A stretch of DNA of 63,917 nucleotides, filler included, from Rhabdomonas costata (taxonomy: Eukaryota): NCBI GenBank assembly GCA_019059605.1. It is 43 parts of 43 records of this genome, joined end to end, with 100 filler letters (N's around TTAATTAATTAA, not from the genome) between each part and the next. Parts side by side here need not be neighbours in the genome. Positions count along the whole stretch, not along the records: positions 47,627 to 49,035 come from JAHMHO010017446.1; positions 49,136 to 50,522 come from JAHMHO010017447.1; positions 50,623 to 52,009 come from JAHMHO010017448.1; positions 52,110 to 53,497 come from JAHMHO010017449.1; positions 53,598 to 54,984 come from JAHMHO010017450.1; positions 55,085 to 56,482 come from JAHMHO010017451.1; positions 56,583 to 57,969 come from JAHMHO010017452.1; positions 58,070 to 59,456 come from JAHMHO010017453.1; 35 more parts are not named here. The stretch is one strand, 5' to 3'. How positions within the stretch are numbered: the first letter of the stretch is position 1; each line of letters starts with the position of its first letter. Shown piece by piece: positions 48,324 to 60,612 of the stretch. A program made the position numbers and the translations under genes. The notes below the pieces were generated by a model. It did no database searches. It was not told the origin of the DNA and was given only the letters and a program-made list of their open reading frames with translations.

Positions 48324-51300
48324 ACATACTAAATACAGACATCTCTCTGGCGCTATCCTGCTCTTCCTGGCTTTGTGTACTTTTGCATTCGGGTTTTTTT
48401 CTTGTTCACAGTACTTCTGCTTCTTGTCGTTGTTGTTGTGCGAACTCCTGCATACCTGTCCCCATCTGCCCTCCTACTGCCGCCGGGACGGAGGTGTATC
48501 AGAGAGACGGAGGCCATCACCGATCTTTTCGCCAGAAAGGGAGCACGTTAAGTTCGTCCGCGTATTTATTTTTATACTCTTCATTTTTTCCGTGTTTTTT
48601 TTGGTATTAAAATTCTGAAAGTTTGGGTGGACGAAAATGAGGCTGCCAGGCTGTCAATCTGCGGACTCATGTTGTCTTCCCAGGAACTACCCACTGCTTC
48701 CGGTGTGTATCTCACCCCCCACCACACACACACTCACTCCGATTCTTTTTCGGTTTCTTCCTCTGCTCTTCCATCCGCTGCATAATTCCAATTGTTCCCT
48801 TCTCCAATCTTCTCCGTTGCTGTTGCTGTTGTTGTGCCGGACTTCCGACACTTCTGCGCCACTTGCGTCCTGACTCTGCTCGCTGTGTCGTGGGTACTGA
48901 TGCATCCCTTCACACTTCTTTTAAGAAGAAAAAGCGAAGCCGACGATACCGACGAATCCACGTGTTCTCATCTCTCTCCTCACTCGCTGCCCCCCCCCCT
49001 CCCCCCTCAGCTGCATTTTTGATTGGGGGGCCGTGNNNNNNNNNNNNNNNNNNNNNNNNNNNNNNNNNNNNNNNNNNNNTTAATTAATTAANNNNNNNNN
49101 NNNNNNNNNNNNNNNNNNNNNNNNNNNNNNNNNNNCGTTAGCTCTTACTTGTGCTCCCACATATTACTGGGATTATTGGTCTGCGTCACTCGCTTTTTGT
49201 TTTTCTCTCCCAACTCACTGGCGTTCGAAGAGGGGAGCATTGGAGGTCTACCACCGTGGGATGTTTGATGTGATGGTTAATCTCTTGCAAGGCCGGCTAG
49301 TCGAGCACTTCTTTTCATGGTTTCATGGTTACCCCCTGAACTTCATCCCCAGACCCCTCCTTTCCCGATCCGCCTTCGTCTCTTGTGCTCTCGTGTCAGT
49401 TTCGCCGCCGATTAATCGACTAATCCTGTGCCCGGCTGCATGGCTTCATGTTTAGTAGTGCTTAGTAGACCCAGAATGAGGCGTGAAATTAGTAAGGCAG
49501 TAATTGCATGTGTTTCGTCCGTTCTTGCGGCGAGGTGATTGTACTTTCCAATGAATGGAGCCAAGTGCACTGGCAAGAGCTTTTCTAGAGGTGTGGATGC
49601 CCCCGTTGCTACTGCCAGCCTAAGCGTCACAGGATTGCACGGGGTTACTCCAGGGTTACTACATACCGCATATAAGCGGCCAGAGATGTTAGTGTGATGG
49701 TCCGTTAGTTCCGGCGCAGCTGATGCTGGTTGCGATCCTCTCCCTCTGTCATTGTTGGGGCGACTACAAAAAGGAGCCCGTCTTGGCACGGATTGTGGTG
49801 GGCGCGACCTCGGTGACCGCCGCGGGGCCCTCGTGGGGGCGAATGTCTGGAGCCACAGCGGCCGCGTCTGGAAAAGGCACTTCCGAGCCCGCGGCCACGC
49901 CCACGGCTCAGCCCAAGTTAGTGAGCTTTTGCGTGGGTTGTTGTCATTAGTATTTGTTTTCCGAAAGAAGCCTTTTTCGATGTTTCGGCATATACATGTA
50001 TTTTGGGTGCGAGATTCACTGTCAGCAGTTTTGGTGAATGGACTTCGGTGATTGGGGGGTGATTATTCGCTGTTTTCGGATTGTTTTGGTTGGTTTTGGC
50101 GCACTTGTTGAGTAGTTGTGGCGTTTGAACGTCACTGTTGAAAAGGCAGCACTCTGCTCAAAATTGTGTGATTCGGTGAAGAATGTGAGGAATATATGTG
50201 GTGGAGTGCTGGGAGGCTGTGAAGGCGAACCAAGCACTGCATCCTTTCAGTTTCCAAACGGGAGGGCCAAACTTCTGTGCTATCGTCATAGAATTCGGGC
50301 ACCGGAATCCCGCCCCATTGCGGCGTACGTCAGTGGCACCCATCTCCCTGGGCTGAAGGGCGCGTTTCCCGGAGGAGCACCGAAGGTTCGTATGGTTTTT
50401 CTGTTCGGTTTGCGTTGAAAAGGGTCCGGCGTTTGATGTGATGTGATTGAAGATGTTGCCGGTGTTCTTTCCACTGGGTTTGGAAATTCGTTAAAAAGCC
50501 GGACCCTTTTCAACACAAACAANNNNNNNNNNNNNNNNNNNNNNNNNNNNNNNNNNNNNNNNNNNNTTAATTAATTAANNNNNNNNNNNNNNNNNNNNNN
50601 NNNNNNNNNNNNNNNNNNNNNNATGTGTGTTTGCGTGCGTGTGCGAGCTCTGTTTCCCCTGTTACTGTGCTTTTGCATTTGGGTGGTTTGGATTTGTCCT
50701 TTGTTCATTGCATTCGTTTTCTTTCATTTGCTTCCCAAAGCCGTGGCGTTCAGACAGTGCTGCCGAGCGGCAAGTCAGAGCGCACACCTAACGCACACCC
50801 CTCCCTTTCATCACATGCGCAACCTTCCCCACCCCTCCCCTCGAGGACGCCAGCCGCTTTTGGTGTGGCCGCTGGCTTATCCCTGTCATCTCACTCTGTA
50901 TTGCTCCCCTCTACATATTACCTTCCCCGTCCTCCCCTTTCGCGTTGTACAATGGTGTGCTTCAAGAGCGAGGTGAAGTGCTCGCTTTTTTTCTGGGGGT
51001 TTGTATCGGAATACAGGCACCTAAAGGGTGAGCGGCACACCTCTTCAATTGCCGTTTACATCAATTCTTCCTTATCTTACAAGCATTCCTTTCCTCCTTC
51101 AGCCCGGCGTAGTCACATGCAGGTTCTGAAATCACCCTTTTCCATTTTCCACCTTTCTCGGTTTCTCCCTCGGCACAGCCTCCATAACTCCATAACAAGT
51201 CATAACTCCACCTGTCCCGTGGCCTTGAGAAATCCCTCCCGCCATTGCCTCGACCATTCCTTTACTACTTCGTCTTTCCAGCAGTACTCGTCACCATTAT

Positions 51301-52736
51301 ACAGGTGTAGGCAGGTTTTCACTCTCAGACGGGCTTTGAGATCGATGCACGTTCATGACCCTTGGGTGGACGGGACCTAGGCCCGGAATTCGCTTAGATG
51401 ACGAGGCAATGCGACAAAGCGGTGGGGGACGGTGCCAACATCATGATCGTGGGATTGCCCATGCCCATATATATCGCGTTCGCTTTCGATTTAAAAGGAT
51501 AGGACTGTGTCCAATCTAGTGCACAACTTACCATCAGTTGTTCCCCTGGGAAAATTGTGAAAACCCAAATTCAGTCCAAAATGTTAAAACGCGGCTTTGA
51601 AAATAAACTCAAATCAAAGCGACGCACTTCTGGTGGACATACCAAGCTCGGTTGCTGTACTTTTCAGAACATAGAGATGCCGCGACCATTTTGCAGCACA
51701 GTGTGTAGATCCCCCCCCCCCCGAAAAAGCCTCGATTAAGTCCTATTTGGACAAAAAGGCACAAGAAGTAAGAGCGTCATAAGTTCGAGAAACAAAAGTG
51801 TCCACCGCGATATGATTCATGATCGCCCTGCCTGTCGTTTTCCTTCGTGACCAATTTTGATCGCCTCGCCGTCCCCCGTCCCCGCTCCTGTGGAGCCGAG
51901 TGATCACGAGTCAGGACCTCCTGCTTTCCGGCTTCTTTTCTTTCAGGTGGCCTCGCTCCCCTGCGTGCGGTTCCGCTCCGTGTTAGAGACAAAGGGGAGC
52001 GAGGCCACCNNNNNNNNNNNNNNNNNNNNNNNNNNNNNNNNNNNNNNNNNNNNTTAATTAATTAANNNNNNNNNNNNNNNNNNNNNNNNNNNNNNNNNNN
52101 NNNNNNNNNTGTTGGTTTTAAGAGCGGCTTTAGGTTTAAAGGATAAGGGATGACAAAGCAAAGTTCGCAGCGTCATGGGACAAACAAAAATTTCCACTGC
52201 CAGAGCCGCGACAAAGGTGCAGTTGAAGTGAGACCTATTGGTGGGCACATTCCTTGGGGAAAACGGGACGAACATTGCTATTCTTGCCTCCGTTGTGGAC
52301 AGCAGTGACTGTGTCTGCAATCCCCCCCCCCCGGAATGCAAAGCTCTTCGCGGCAGCTCTGTACGACTCAAAAATGTCAGAGAATCACCGGCCCTCCAAT
52401 GCACCATCGGTCCTGTGCTGCAGTCACCGGTCCTCCAACGCAATTCAGCCGCAAACATGACCCGGACCTTTGGGCAGGCCACGGGCAACGAAGGAAAGGA
52501 TGGAGAGGAGTGACGAGTCCAAAATAGCCTGACCATGGATTTCAGTGCCACCGAAATACATATCTTTGAAATAGCGTGCGTGCGGGTGTTCTGGTAAGCC
52601 CGTGGCCAGCTCTGCAGTGAGAGCGCTCGCGTGTGAATTATCCGGGTTAGTGAGGGGGAGGCTTCCTGTCTCGGTCACTGCCGCTTCCCATTTTCCATGT
52701 TTTCCCTGGCTCTTTTTTTTTTATTGTTTTTTGCAG

Positions 52737-52835
52737 GACATTAAGGGGCTGAGGTCCATTCACGTCGCCGCGCAACGCGGCAGTGAGGATGCTGAGGTGG
52801 CTCTGATCGAGTTCAAGGCGGATGTCAACGTGATG
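52737..52835 (+). CDS. Ankyrin repeat exon (99 nt, one 33-aa repeat)
   Basis: ttgcag| DIKGLRSIHVAAQRGSEDAEVALIEFKADVNVM |gtagcc. Confidence 0.85.
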
Positions 52836-52846
52836 GTAGCCGCGTG

Positions 52847-52921
52847 TTTGCTTTGCTTTGCTTTGCTTTGCTTTGCTTTGCTTTGCTTTGCTTTGCTTTG
52901 CTTTGCTTTGCTTTGCTTTGC
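52847..52921. repeat. (CTTTG)n pentanucleotide microsatellite, intronic
   Basis: About 15 consecutive units right after the ankyrin exon donor. Confidence 0.97.
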
Positions 52922-55869
52922 CTGTCCCTGGGAATGAGCTTGTGCACAAGGATGGTCGTTTCCGGGCCTGCACAGAGCTGTCTGTGGAAGTGTGTGAGTG
53001 GGTGATTGCGTGTTTGGTTGTTAGTGTCGGTGGTGGGTGGGTGATTGCCAGTGTCAGACGAAAAGACATTATAAACTTCAAAACGAAATAGCAAAGTGGT
53101 AGAACAGAAAACGTTGTAGAAACCCCACCTCTTGCATTGACGTTGCCCAATGATTACGTTGGTATCTTGATGACGGAGTGCTGGCGGGCCCGGTAGGCGC
53201 TGGCTGCTGCTGTGGAGGTTTTCGAGCCGCTAGCGGCGGGTTTGCGGTTGAATCGCGCTAAAATTTAAGCTGTGGGGTCTCCACCGGAGACCTTGGTGAG
53301 CTTGGAGACATCACCCCTGCGGCTCTAGCTGGAATTCCTTGGGCTTCGTGGACTGCTGGTATCCGTGTCCTCGGAACCCCCATTGGGCGTGCCCCGTTTG
53401 TCAAAAAGGATCTGGCCGACGCTGCTTCGGCTATCCAGCATGTTGGAGAGGCTTCAGTCACTCGCGTGCCCCCAACCCCCCAAACACTCTCAACACANNN
53501 NNNNNNNNNNNNNNNNNNNNNNNNNNNNNNNNNNNNNNNNNTTAATTAATTAANNNNNNNNNNNNNNNNNNNNNNNNNNNNNNNNNNNNNNNNNNNNGGA
53601 TTTTGGTTCCTGACAGTGTCCGTACCAGTGTTTACCCTCCACCTCTCAGTCTTTGTGTAATATATATGTGCGCAACTTCCTATTTTTGTCATTATTTCCG
53701 CCGTGGCAAGCGCAGTTCCTGATATGTGGGAATGAAGAGCCCTACGCGTACGAGCGGTCACACCTTCAGGCTTTGGGAAGAGCAGAATAAAGCGCAGGAC
53801 AACTTCAACTGGCCCACTGTCATAAGAACGCTGAGTGCGCTGTGGTCGTCGCCTTTCGTGGTGTGGGTGGGGGTCTCACGCGCAGCGACGGGGAGCCCAT
53901 CACCGTTGAGGTGCAGAGCGCAGAGGTGGAGCGTGACAGCTTCACCCCGGGTACCAAGCACGTCAACAAGGCACGCCTGTGTGTCTGTGTGCAGTGCACT
54001 TGAGCGGTTTTTTTTGTGTGGGGGGGTCTCGCTTCTGGGCAAATCGGGGGGCTGAGGTTGTGTGCGTGAGTGGTGTCTGCCTGGTTTCTCTCTCTGTCTC
54101 TCTCTCTGTTCGTAGCCCCATCATAAAGCCTCTGTTTTGATGTACAACTAGACCTTATTCCTCTCACTGGGACCGAGGTCAGTTGTTGATCAGTAGCGTG
54201 TCACATCGCCATCTTTCGCCCATTGCTCGGGAAGCTGAGAGGGCGGGGACAAAGCTGCTCAACGAGGCATGCTTCTCTGTGTATCCAGATGTTGCACAAT
54301 ACTTCGTTCAGCAGAGGTTACGTGCCACTTGCATTTTGGGACTCATTTTGTGAGGGAAGTTTATTGTTACCCCAACCCCGCACTCTTCCGAATAACCCGC
54401 CCTCTGTTTCTGGGTTTTCGCGTTTTCGTAGTCAGCACAAGCCAAGCGCTCCGGGAGAGGGTAGCCTGGTATAGGTTTATCTTACCCCCCTTGGATGCCT
54501 CCTCTCTCACACAGAGAATCCAAGCAACAGCAACGGGAGCGAGGGACAGAGGCAGGGAACGTGGGAGAGAGGCCAGGAGCCGAGAGCAGAGAAGGGGCGG
54601 AGAAAGAGGGCGGCGGGGATCAAGCACGGAGCATCCAGGGAGAACAGAGACGCAGAGCGGGAGAGGCCGACGGCAGGAAAGGCACCCCCGACACTCCCAG
54701 GGGCGAGACGTGAAAGCCGTAGCCGAAAGCAGGTGGAAGACGAGCACGTGTGCCCCAGGAGTGCGTTGCTGGCACGCGACGGCATGCAAGTTCCAAAGGT
54801 GAACCTGTGTGCACCCGAGGGAGGAGCACCTAGAACGAACCCGCATAGAGACGGACCCAGTGCGCAGAAGTAAAAGCGGACCATCGAGCATCGCAAGAAA
54901 GCAGAGCCCTTATGCTTGGGCCAATGGGAAGCCAAAGTACTCGCAGACTCACAGGGCAAGGAGTCAGTGAGGACCACCCAACCCNNNNNNNNNNNNNNNN
55001 NNNNNNNNNNNNNNNNNNNNNNNNNNNNTTAATTAATTAANNNNNNNNNNNNNNNNNNNNNNNNNNNNNNNNNNNNNNNNNNNNGTGGGTTGTGTGTTGG
55101 GAACGTGGCACATACTGAACCACTTTTTTCTCATGTAGAAGTACTCTGTTGCACTCCCAGTCAACACGCGTCTTCGCACGATGTTTTAGTGGGTGTACCG
55201 CAGGTCCTGCAAAAAATTCTCTCCCGCCTGGTGCCATTCAGAGTGCGATTTCCATTTGGTCCTCAGTGGACCCTATTTGATATTTGACTCTTTTGGTTTT
55301 GAGTGATGAGACTCCCCATCACTAGCCCCGCTGAGTGATGGAGTGGCCGGATATGGCTCCTTTCAGCCAAATAACAGACTCTTGCAGAAGGGCAAAGCCG
55401 AAGCAGGCCCGGTATCTTTTCTATATGTATTGGGCCTCCCGAAACGCTGCCTGGCCGGTCCATGCACCCTCAGGCCGGTACCCACCCGTGCTCCTTGGCG
55501 GCTCTTCCTTGTGCTGCTTCTTTGTCCTGCACAGCGGAGAATTTATCGACGGCACCCACAACGCATGTACAAAAAATCCACCTGGCTCCTTTTTCATTTG
55601 TCGGAGTTCATTTTTCAACTTGTCATGATTGCAACATGCAATTGGCAATCTTTTTACTCCCTCTGTGATCAGATGAGGAAGTCAGCGGAGGTGGGCTGAG
55701 CACGGCTCTATTCCTGACCGATGTGGTGGAGTGCCGTGGGGCGGAGTCTCTTGGGGGCTTCCATGGAAAGCTCTTCGAACTGCTGCCAGAGGCCGCGGCG
55801 GCGGCGTCGGATGGCGGGGAGGGTGTGCGCACCGCCTCACCGTGCTTTCTTTCTGTGAGATGCATGGTG

Positions 55870-55908
<39 letters not shown>

Positions 55909-58111
55909 TGAGCGAAATCGCCAGAGTGGGAGACGAAAGAATGGGAAGCTGACACCGAGTTGCTGTCACCTTAGAGCTGTGGTGGGGGACACTCTACATG
56001 TTGGCTCGCCACTTTTTTAAATGGCTTGACGATGGGGCGTGAGATATGCAGCCCAGAGTCTGAATTTTTGGTGGGAATGTAGCTTTATTTGGGCACCGCC
56101 TAGCCAATGCCTCGGGGATTTTTACGCTACCTCTACTTTCCTCCCCATACGCAAGAATACCTACAAGCCTCTGAGCTTGGTGTTTACCTTTTTCTGTTCT
56201 AGCGCGAGGGGAACAGTCTAGAGTGCCATTGCTGCTCTTTTTGACTGAGTACTGTGGAACTTTTCCTTGTGCAACGGTTTTTTTGTGCTCTTCTCTGCTT
56301 CTCTTGTGTGTTACGCACACGCTGGATCTGTGTCAAGCCATTTTGCAAACTTTTAGTTTTGGCTGGCGGCTCTGTTTATATTGCTCCACTTTGTGATGAC
56401 CCAACTTTTTTCGGTAGGGGGTAAGGTTCTGTTTGGTCGCCTTTGATTCCGTTGAACAGTTGTTATGCGTTCCTGTGCGTGGNNNNNNNNNNNNNNNNNN
56501 NNNNNNNNNNNNNNNNNNNNNNNNNNTTAATTAATTAANNNNNNNNNNNNNNNNNNNNNNNNNNNNNNNNNNNNNNNNNNNNGGGGTTGTGGGTTTTTTC
56601 CTGCTACACTTGCTCGGGTTGCCTTCGGAAATATCTGCGTTTTTGTTGATGTACCCGCTGTAAAGTGATCAATCATGTTCTCCATTATCTGGGCGCAGGC
56701 ACTGGTGCTGGGGGGGGGGGCAGTGGAGCCCAACGCTGTCGCTTTTGCTTAAGAAAATCCATCCATTGTGTTAAGTTGTTTGTGTGCGATTCGTGGCTGT
56801 CTTAAATTGCTGTTTTTTGTCCACCCATTTTGCCGGAAATCTGAGGCAGGGTGGTTGTTGGCAAAAAGGCCGTTTTGCTGAAGCGAACCGTCCCCAACCA
56901 CAACCCAGATTTCTACGTTGCGGCGGTGCTTTGTGTAGGGTGCAGGAAGTCCCCGTTAAAAACCTTAACAACGGCGCTCACCGGCCGATGGAAAAATGAT
57001 CCTAAGTAATGTCACTGATTTGCGCGCAAATGCCCCGTTTTTTGCATTGCAAGCTTTGTGACGTAGCAGTTGCTGACGTCATCAGAAATGAATGCCCGGC
57101 ATACAAACCATTCATGCAAACCCTCACGTTTTCTCTTTCATTCTAAGTGCAGCCGTGGAAGCCGAAGAAAGCCTTCATCGTTCTGGGGAGTCTTCGGAAC
57201 AGGGACGCACAGCAGCAGAGATAAGCCCGCAGGACGAACGACGGCCCAATGTGATGGAAGGAGATGCGATTTTACTGTTACAGTGAAACTTGGTGGGAAA
57301 GGGATCAGTTTGCAGAGTTTGCAGGTGTGGTGCCCAATGAGACCTCATGAGCTCGCTCCTCGCCTCCAACTCGCGGTTCAGTGAGAAGCATGCTGTTGCC
57401 TTCCTTCAGGTAGCCAGCTAACCATGACCCCATCTTTTTTTTTTTTTGCAGTTTTACAGCGGTGACTAAGGGGTCGGAAGCTCTGAGGCGGCGCCACTGG
57501 AGGTTACGAGCTCCGTGTGTCGGTTTGGGTCTCGGCGCAGCTGCGCGGTGTCGAAGGGCTTGAACGCTCAGAGGCGGTGGGGGCTGGAGGTCTCTGAGCT
57601 CCCTGCATCGGCTTGGGCCTCAACGCGGCTGCGCAGCAGGTCTGCAAGCTGAGCCACACCCACAAACATGACAAGGCTAGTGACAGAGAATATGGCAATG
57701 CTATGCCAGAAACACTGCGGTACGTCAGCCAGGCTGAGAAATTCAAGGAGAGACGCGCGCACTTGGAAAGATGAGCTCACGTGCATTCGGAACCACAAGG
57801 CATTGCCCGGCGTGTGTAATATCTCTGACCGCCACCCAAATGTGTGAGCTTGAAAGTGGTGCAGGGAGCTGAGGTGCGGTACGTTTTTTTCGGAGAAAAG
57901 CGCGCCCGGAAGCTAAAAAAAAAGAGAGTGCAAAGAGAGCACCAGTCACGCATACGTCCACCCCACACCNNNNNNNNNNNNNNNNNNNNNNNNNNNNNNN
58001 NNNNNNNNNNNNNTTAATTAATTAANNNNNNNNNNNNNNNNNNNNNNNNNNNNNNNNNNNNNNNNNNNNCTTCACTACGTTGCGGCCATCCCTCCATCCT
58101 TTATGCTGATA

Positions 58112-58575
58112 CCCCATGTCTTACTCGATGCCTCGTAAGTCATGGGGCCCCTGTATGAGAAGAAGGCCCTCCGGGCCACGCTCTCGCTACGCTCGTCACT
58201 CCTACGTCGTTCCTCGCTACGCTCGTAATGCAGTGGTTCAGTCGCTCCCCGCTGCGCGGTACGCTCCTTCACCTTCCTACGCACCCCACTCATGCTCGTA
58301 CCTCGCATGGTGGGCAGCGATGATGAGGATACACATTTGAGTCGTCAGTCAGTCGCTACGCTCCTTCCTTCCTCCGACGTCGTGACTCTCCGTACGTCGA
58401 GTCCCTCCTCTGTATGGTGGTTCACTCCACCGCCACGCGGCTACGTTCACGGGTCACTCACTCGCATCAGTTCATTCGCTCCTGACGTCCTCGCTCGCTA
58501 CGCTTCGCTCGTCCTCTGCATCTTTCTTTTGATCACGGGTTCACATTCGTTCTCGTCGCGATGCTCCTCGTACTC
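58112..58575 (-). other. Array of GNA-triloop / tandem G·A hairpins; putative ssDNA-structured element
   Basis: Recurrent minus-strand module N-GA-GC-[GTA]-GC-GA-N' and longer variants; CTCGCTACGCTCGT is repeated exactly at 58183 and 58213. Confidence 0.75.
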
Positions 58576-58599
58576 ATTCAAAGGGGGGGCTGCACGCAG

Positions 58600-59230
58600 G
58601 CCTTGGCACAGATCCCGTCCTTCGCGGTGGGGGGAACTGCGGGCAGCGGACCCCCCGAGGGCCTCACCCCCCGCGGCGGCGCCCCTGCAGATGGGCAGGC
58701 GCCGGACTCACTGAGTGGTGGGGGGCGGCTGAGCCTCTCGGAATTCCTGCAGTGCTGTGTGGCGGGGCCCTTCCGTGCCCTGCGCCACCACAGTCACACC
58801 CCTGAGGGCACCCCCGAGGCACGCCTCCAACCCACACGCCTCCTTGTTTTGGGGGGGCTGCTCCTTCTTTTTCCTTTTGATTTGACTTGGGTGCCGTTGT
58901 CCAAGCAAAAGACAACACACGAAAGGAAAGTCGCCACTGTTCCCCGCAACCACGTCTCCAACGTTCTCCGATTTTCCTTGAGTTCCAGCAAAGTTGCTGT
59001 TCTGTTACTTACGCTGATCGCTCATTGGCTTTGGCTGGGCACGTAACCATATGGATGGGTTGTGCGTGGTGTGGTGTGTGTTGCAGGGCTTTGGCGGTGG
59101 GGACGAGGAGTGCCTGGCCGAGCTGGAGCGCCAGCGGGTGGCGTTCGTTTATGAGGAGGACTGCCGGGGGCTTGGGGTCAGCCCCTGCTCAGCAGTGCTG
59201 AGCGCTTTGCGTGATCCTACCACCGCCAAG
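58600..59230 (+). CDS. Two probable exons (~58600-58758, 59087-59230), possibly the N-terminal region of an LRR protein
   Basis: AG/GT-bounded GC3-rich blocks; VYEEDCRGLGVSPCSAVLSAL resembles the Y...C...GV.P cap that precedes RNI-like LRRs. Confidence 0.5.
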
Positions 59231-59577
59231 GTGTCGCTGTGGGCTGCCCCTCTCCATCGCCCACCCAAGCAGTAACTCAGTCATGTGAAAATCTCGCAGA
59301 GTGCAACTTTCAGCAATGGGATTACGAAGAGGAGCAGAATGCTTATACCAATGGGGTGGTCAGGAAAAGGAAACTACGCTGATACACTGATGAAGTTGCT
59401 GCTTAGTTGTCCGTGTCCCCACCATGTTACGCTGGGGAGTTTCTGTTTTGGTTTTCNNNNNNNNNNNNNNNNNNNNNNNNNNNNNNNNNNNNNNNNNNNN
59501 TTAATTAATTAANNNNNNNNNNNNNNNNNNNNNNNNNNNNNNNNNNNNNNNNNNNNGAAGGATCTTTGGGCGCGGCT

Positions 59578-60612
59578 CCCCGCCTGCCCCGTGAGGAGTC
59601 CCTCTCCGAGTGCTCCACCACGCCGCGCCCAAAGATCCTTCCCAAAAACACACAAAGAACTCTCAAAGGAACTGAGCAATCCCATGGTACTTCCATTTCT
59701 GATCATAGGCAACAGAAATGGTGGTGCAACCCGACCAAAGGTTTCCTCAAGAATTCTCTGTTGGTAGTGAAGCAGCGCCAACGCCAGCCCTTTCAGATAC
59801 ACAAGCGCCTGGCAAGCAAAGCAACCCAGCACATCACAGCGTTAGGCTTCCACAGAAAGAAAGTCCCACAAGCAAAAATGAGAAGGGGCGTATTTCGGGT
59901 TCCACCTCCGCATCTCGCCGTTGGGATCTATGGACTGCACCGAGGCCGCGAGAACATAGTCCAGAGTGCACTGCAGGCAGCGCGGGCACCCCAGGTCGTC
60001 CTCCGAACTGTCGCTCTCGTGCTTCGACCCTGCCAGGGCACCTCCACCTTTTCGCTTTTCCCCTGCCGGGTGGTGTTGGTTCGGGCGGCCACGGCCCTCT
60101 TTCCGCCTCACAATTCCCAAGCCTGAGTCAGGGAGAGGAGGCCCTTTATTGGAGCTGCCGGATCCGCGGGATCGCATCCCTTCCGGTGCTGCTGTTCTGT
60201 GCTTGCCCTCGAGCGAGTGTTCGCTCTTCTGCATTTCTGCCTCGCCGTCCCCCTCAACGAATTGTGCTTCCTCGCAACCTTCTTCGTGCTGGTCATCCAC
60301 CTTTTCATCACTACTACCGTTGTCATTATCATGATCGTTGTCGTCGTCGTCTTCACCGTTGTTCTCGCTAGCCTCCTCCTCCTCCTCGCCGTCGTCGTCC
60401 TGGTCCTCCTCTTCCTTGTCAGGTGGCTGCTCTTCCGCCTCGGGGTCACTGCCCCTCATCAGCTGCATGTCTTTGGCACGAAAGAACCCGCGCCGGCGCG
60501 TAGCCCCAGAGGAAAATGCCGGCGCGCTAGCGCTATCCCCCTCCCCGGTGCCCTCACCCGGAGGAAGCCCCAGCTCCTCCCTCAGAAGACGGCGCATCTG
60601 CCGCCGCGACAT
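59578..60612 (-). CDS. TCF25: TCF25/Rqc1 (ribosome quality control) N-terminus, exons 60612-59906 and 59637 onward
   Basis: MSRRQMRRL start, long acidic tract, then IDPNGEMRR|IFGRGVV across a GT-AG intron, matching the L.P..ELRRIFG..VV motif. Confidence 0.78.

Noticed and set aside
52647-53150. ORFs with AKQSK or LCFAL repeats, and the HTHT/VCVC ORFs elsewhere
   Set aside because: Translations of intronic microsatellites.
58075-58340. ORFs over the hairpin array (ERSEERRRSDERSES / SRYARHSYV)
   Set aside because: The peptide periodicity follows from the GAGCGTAGCGA DNA motif; no protein family is evident.
59557-59641. Terminal inverted repeat in TCF25 (similar ones at 37220-37294, 44662-44764, 62277-62422)
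   Set aside because: All contig-terminal; the TCF25 one copies an intron-exon junction. Treated as fold-back chimeras.
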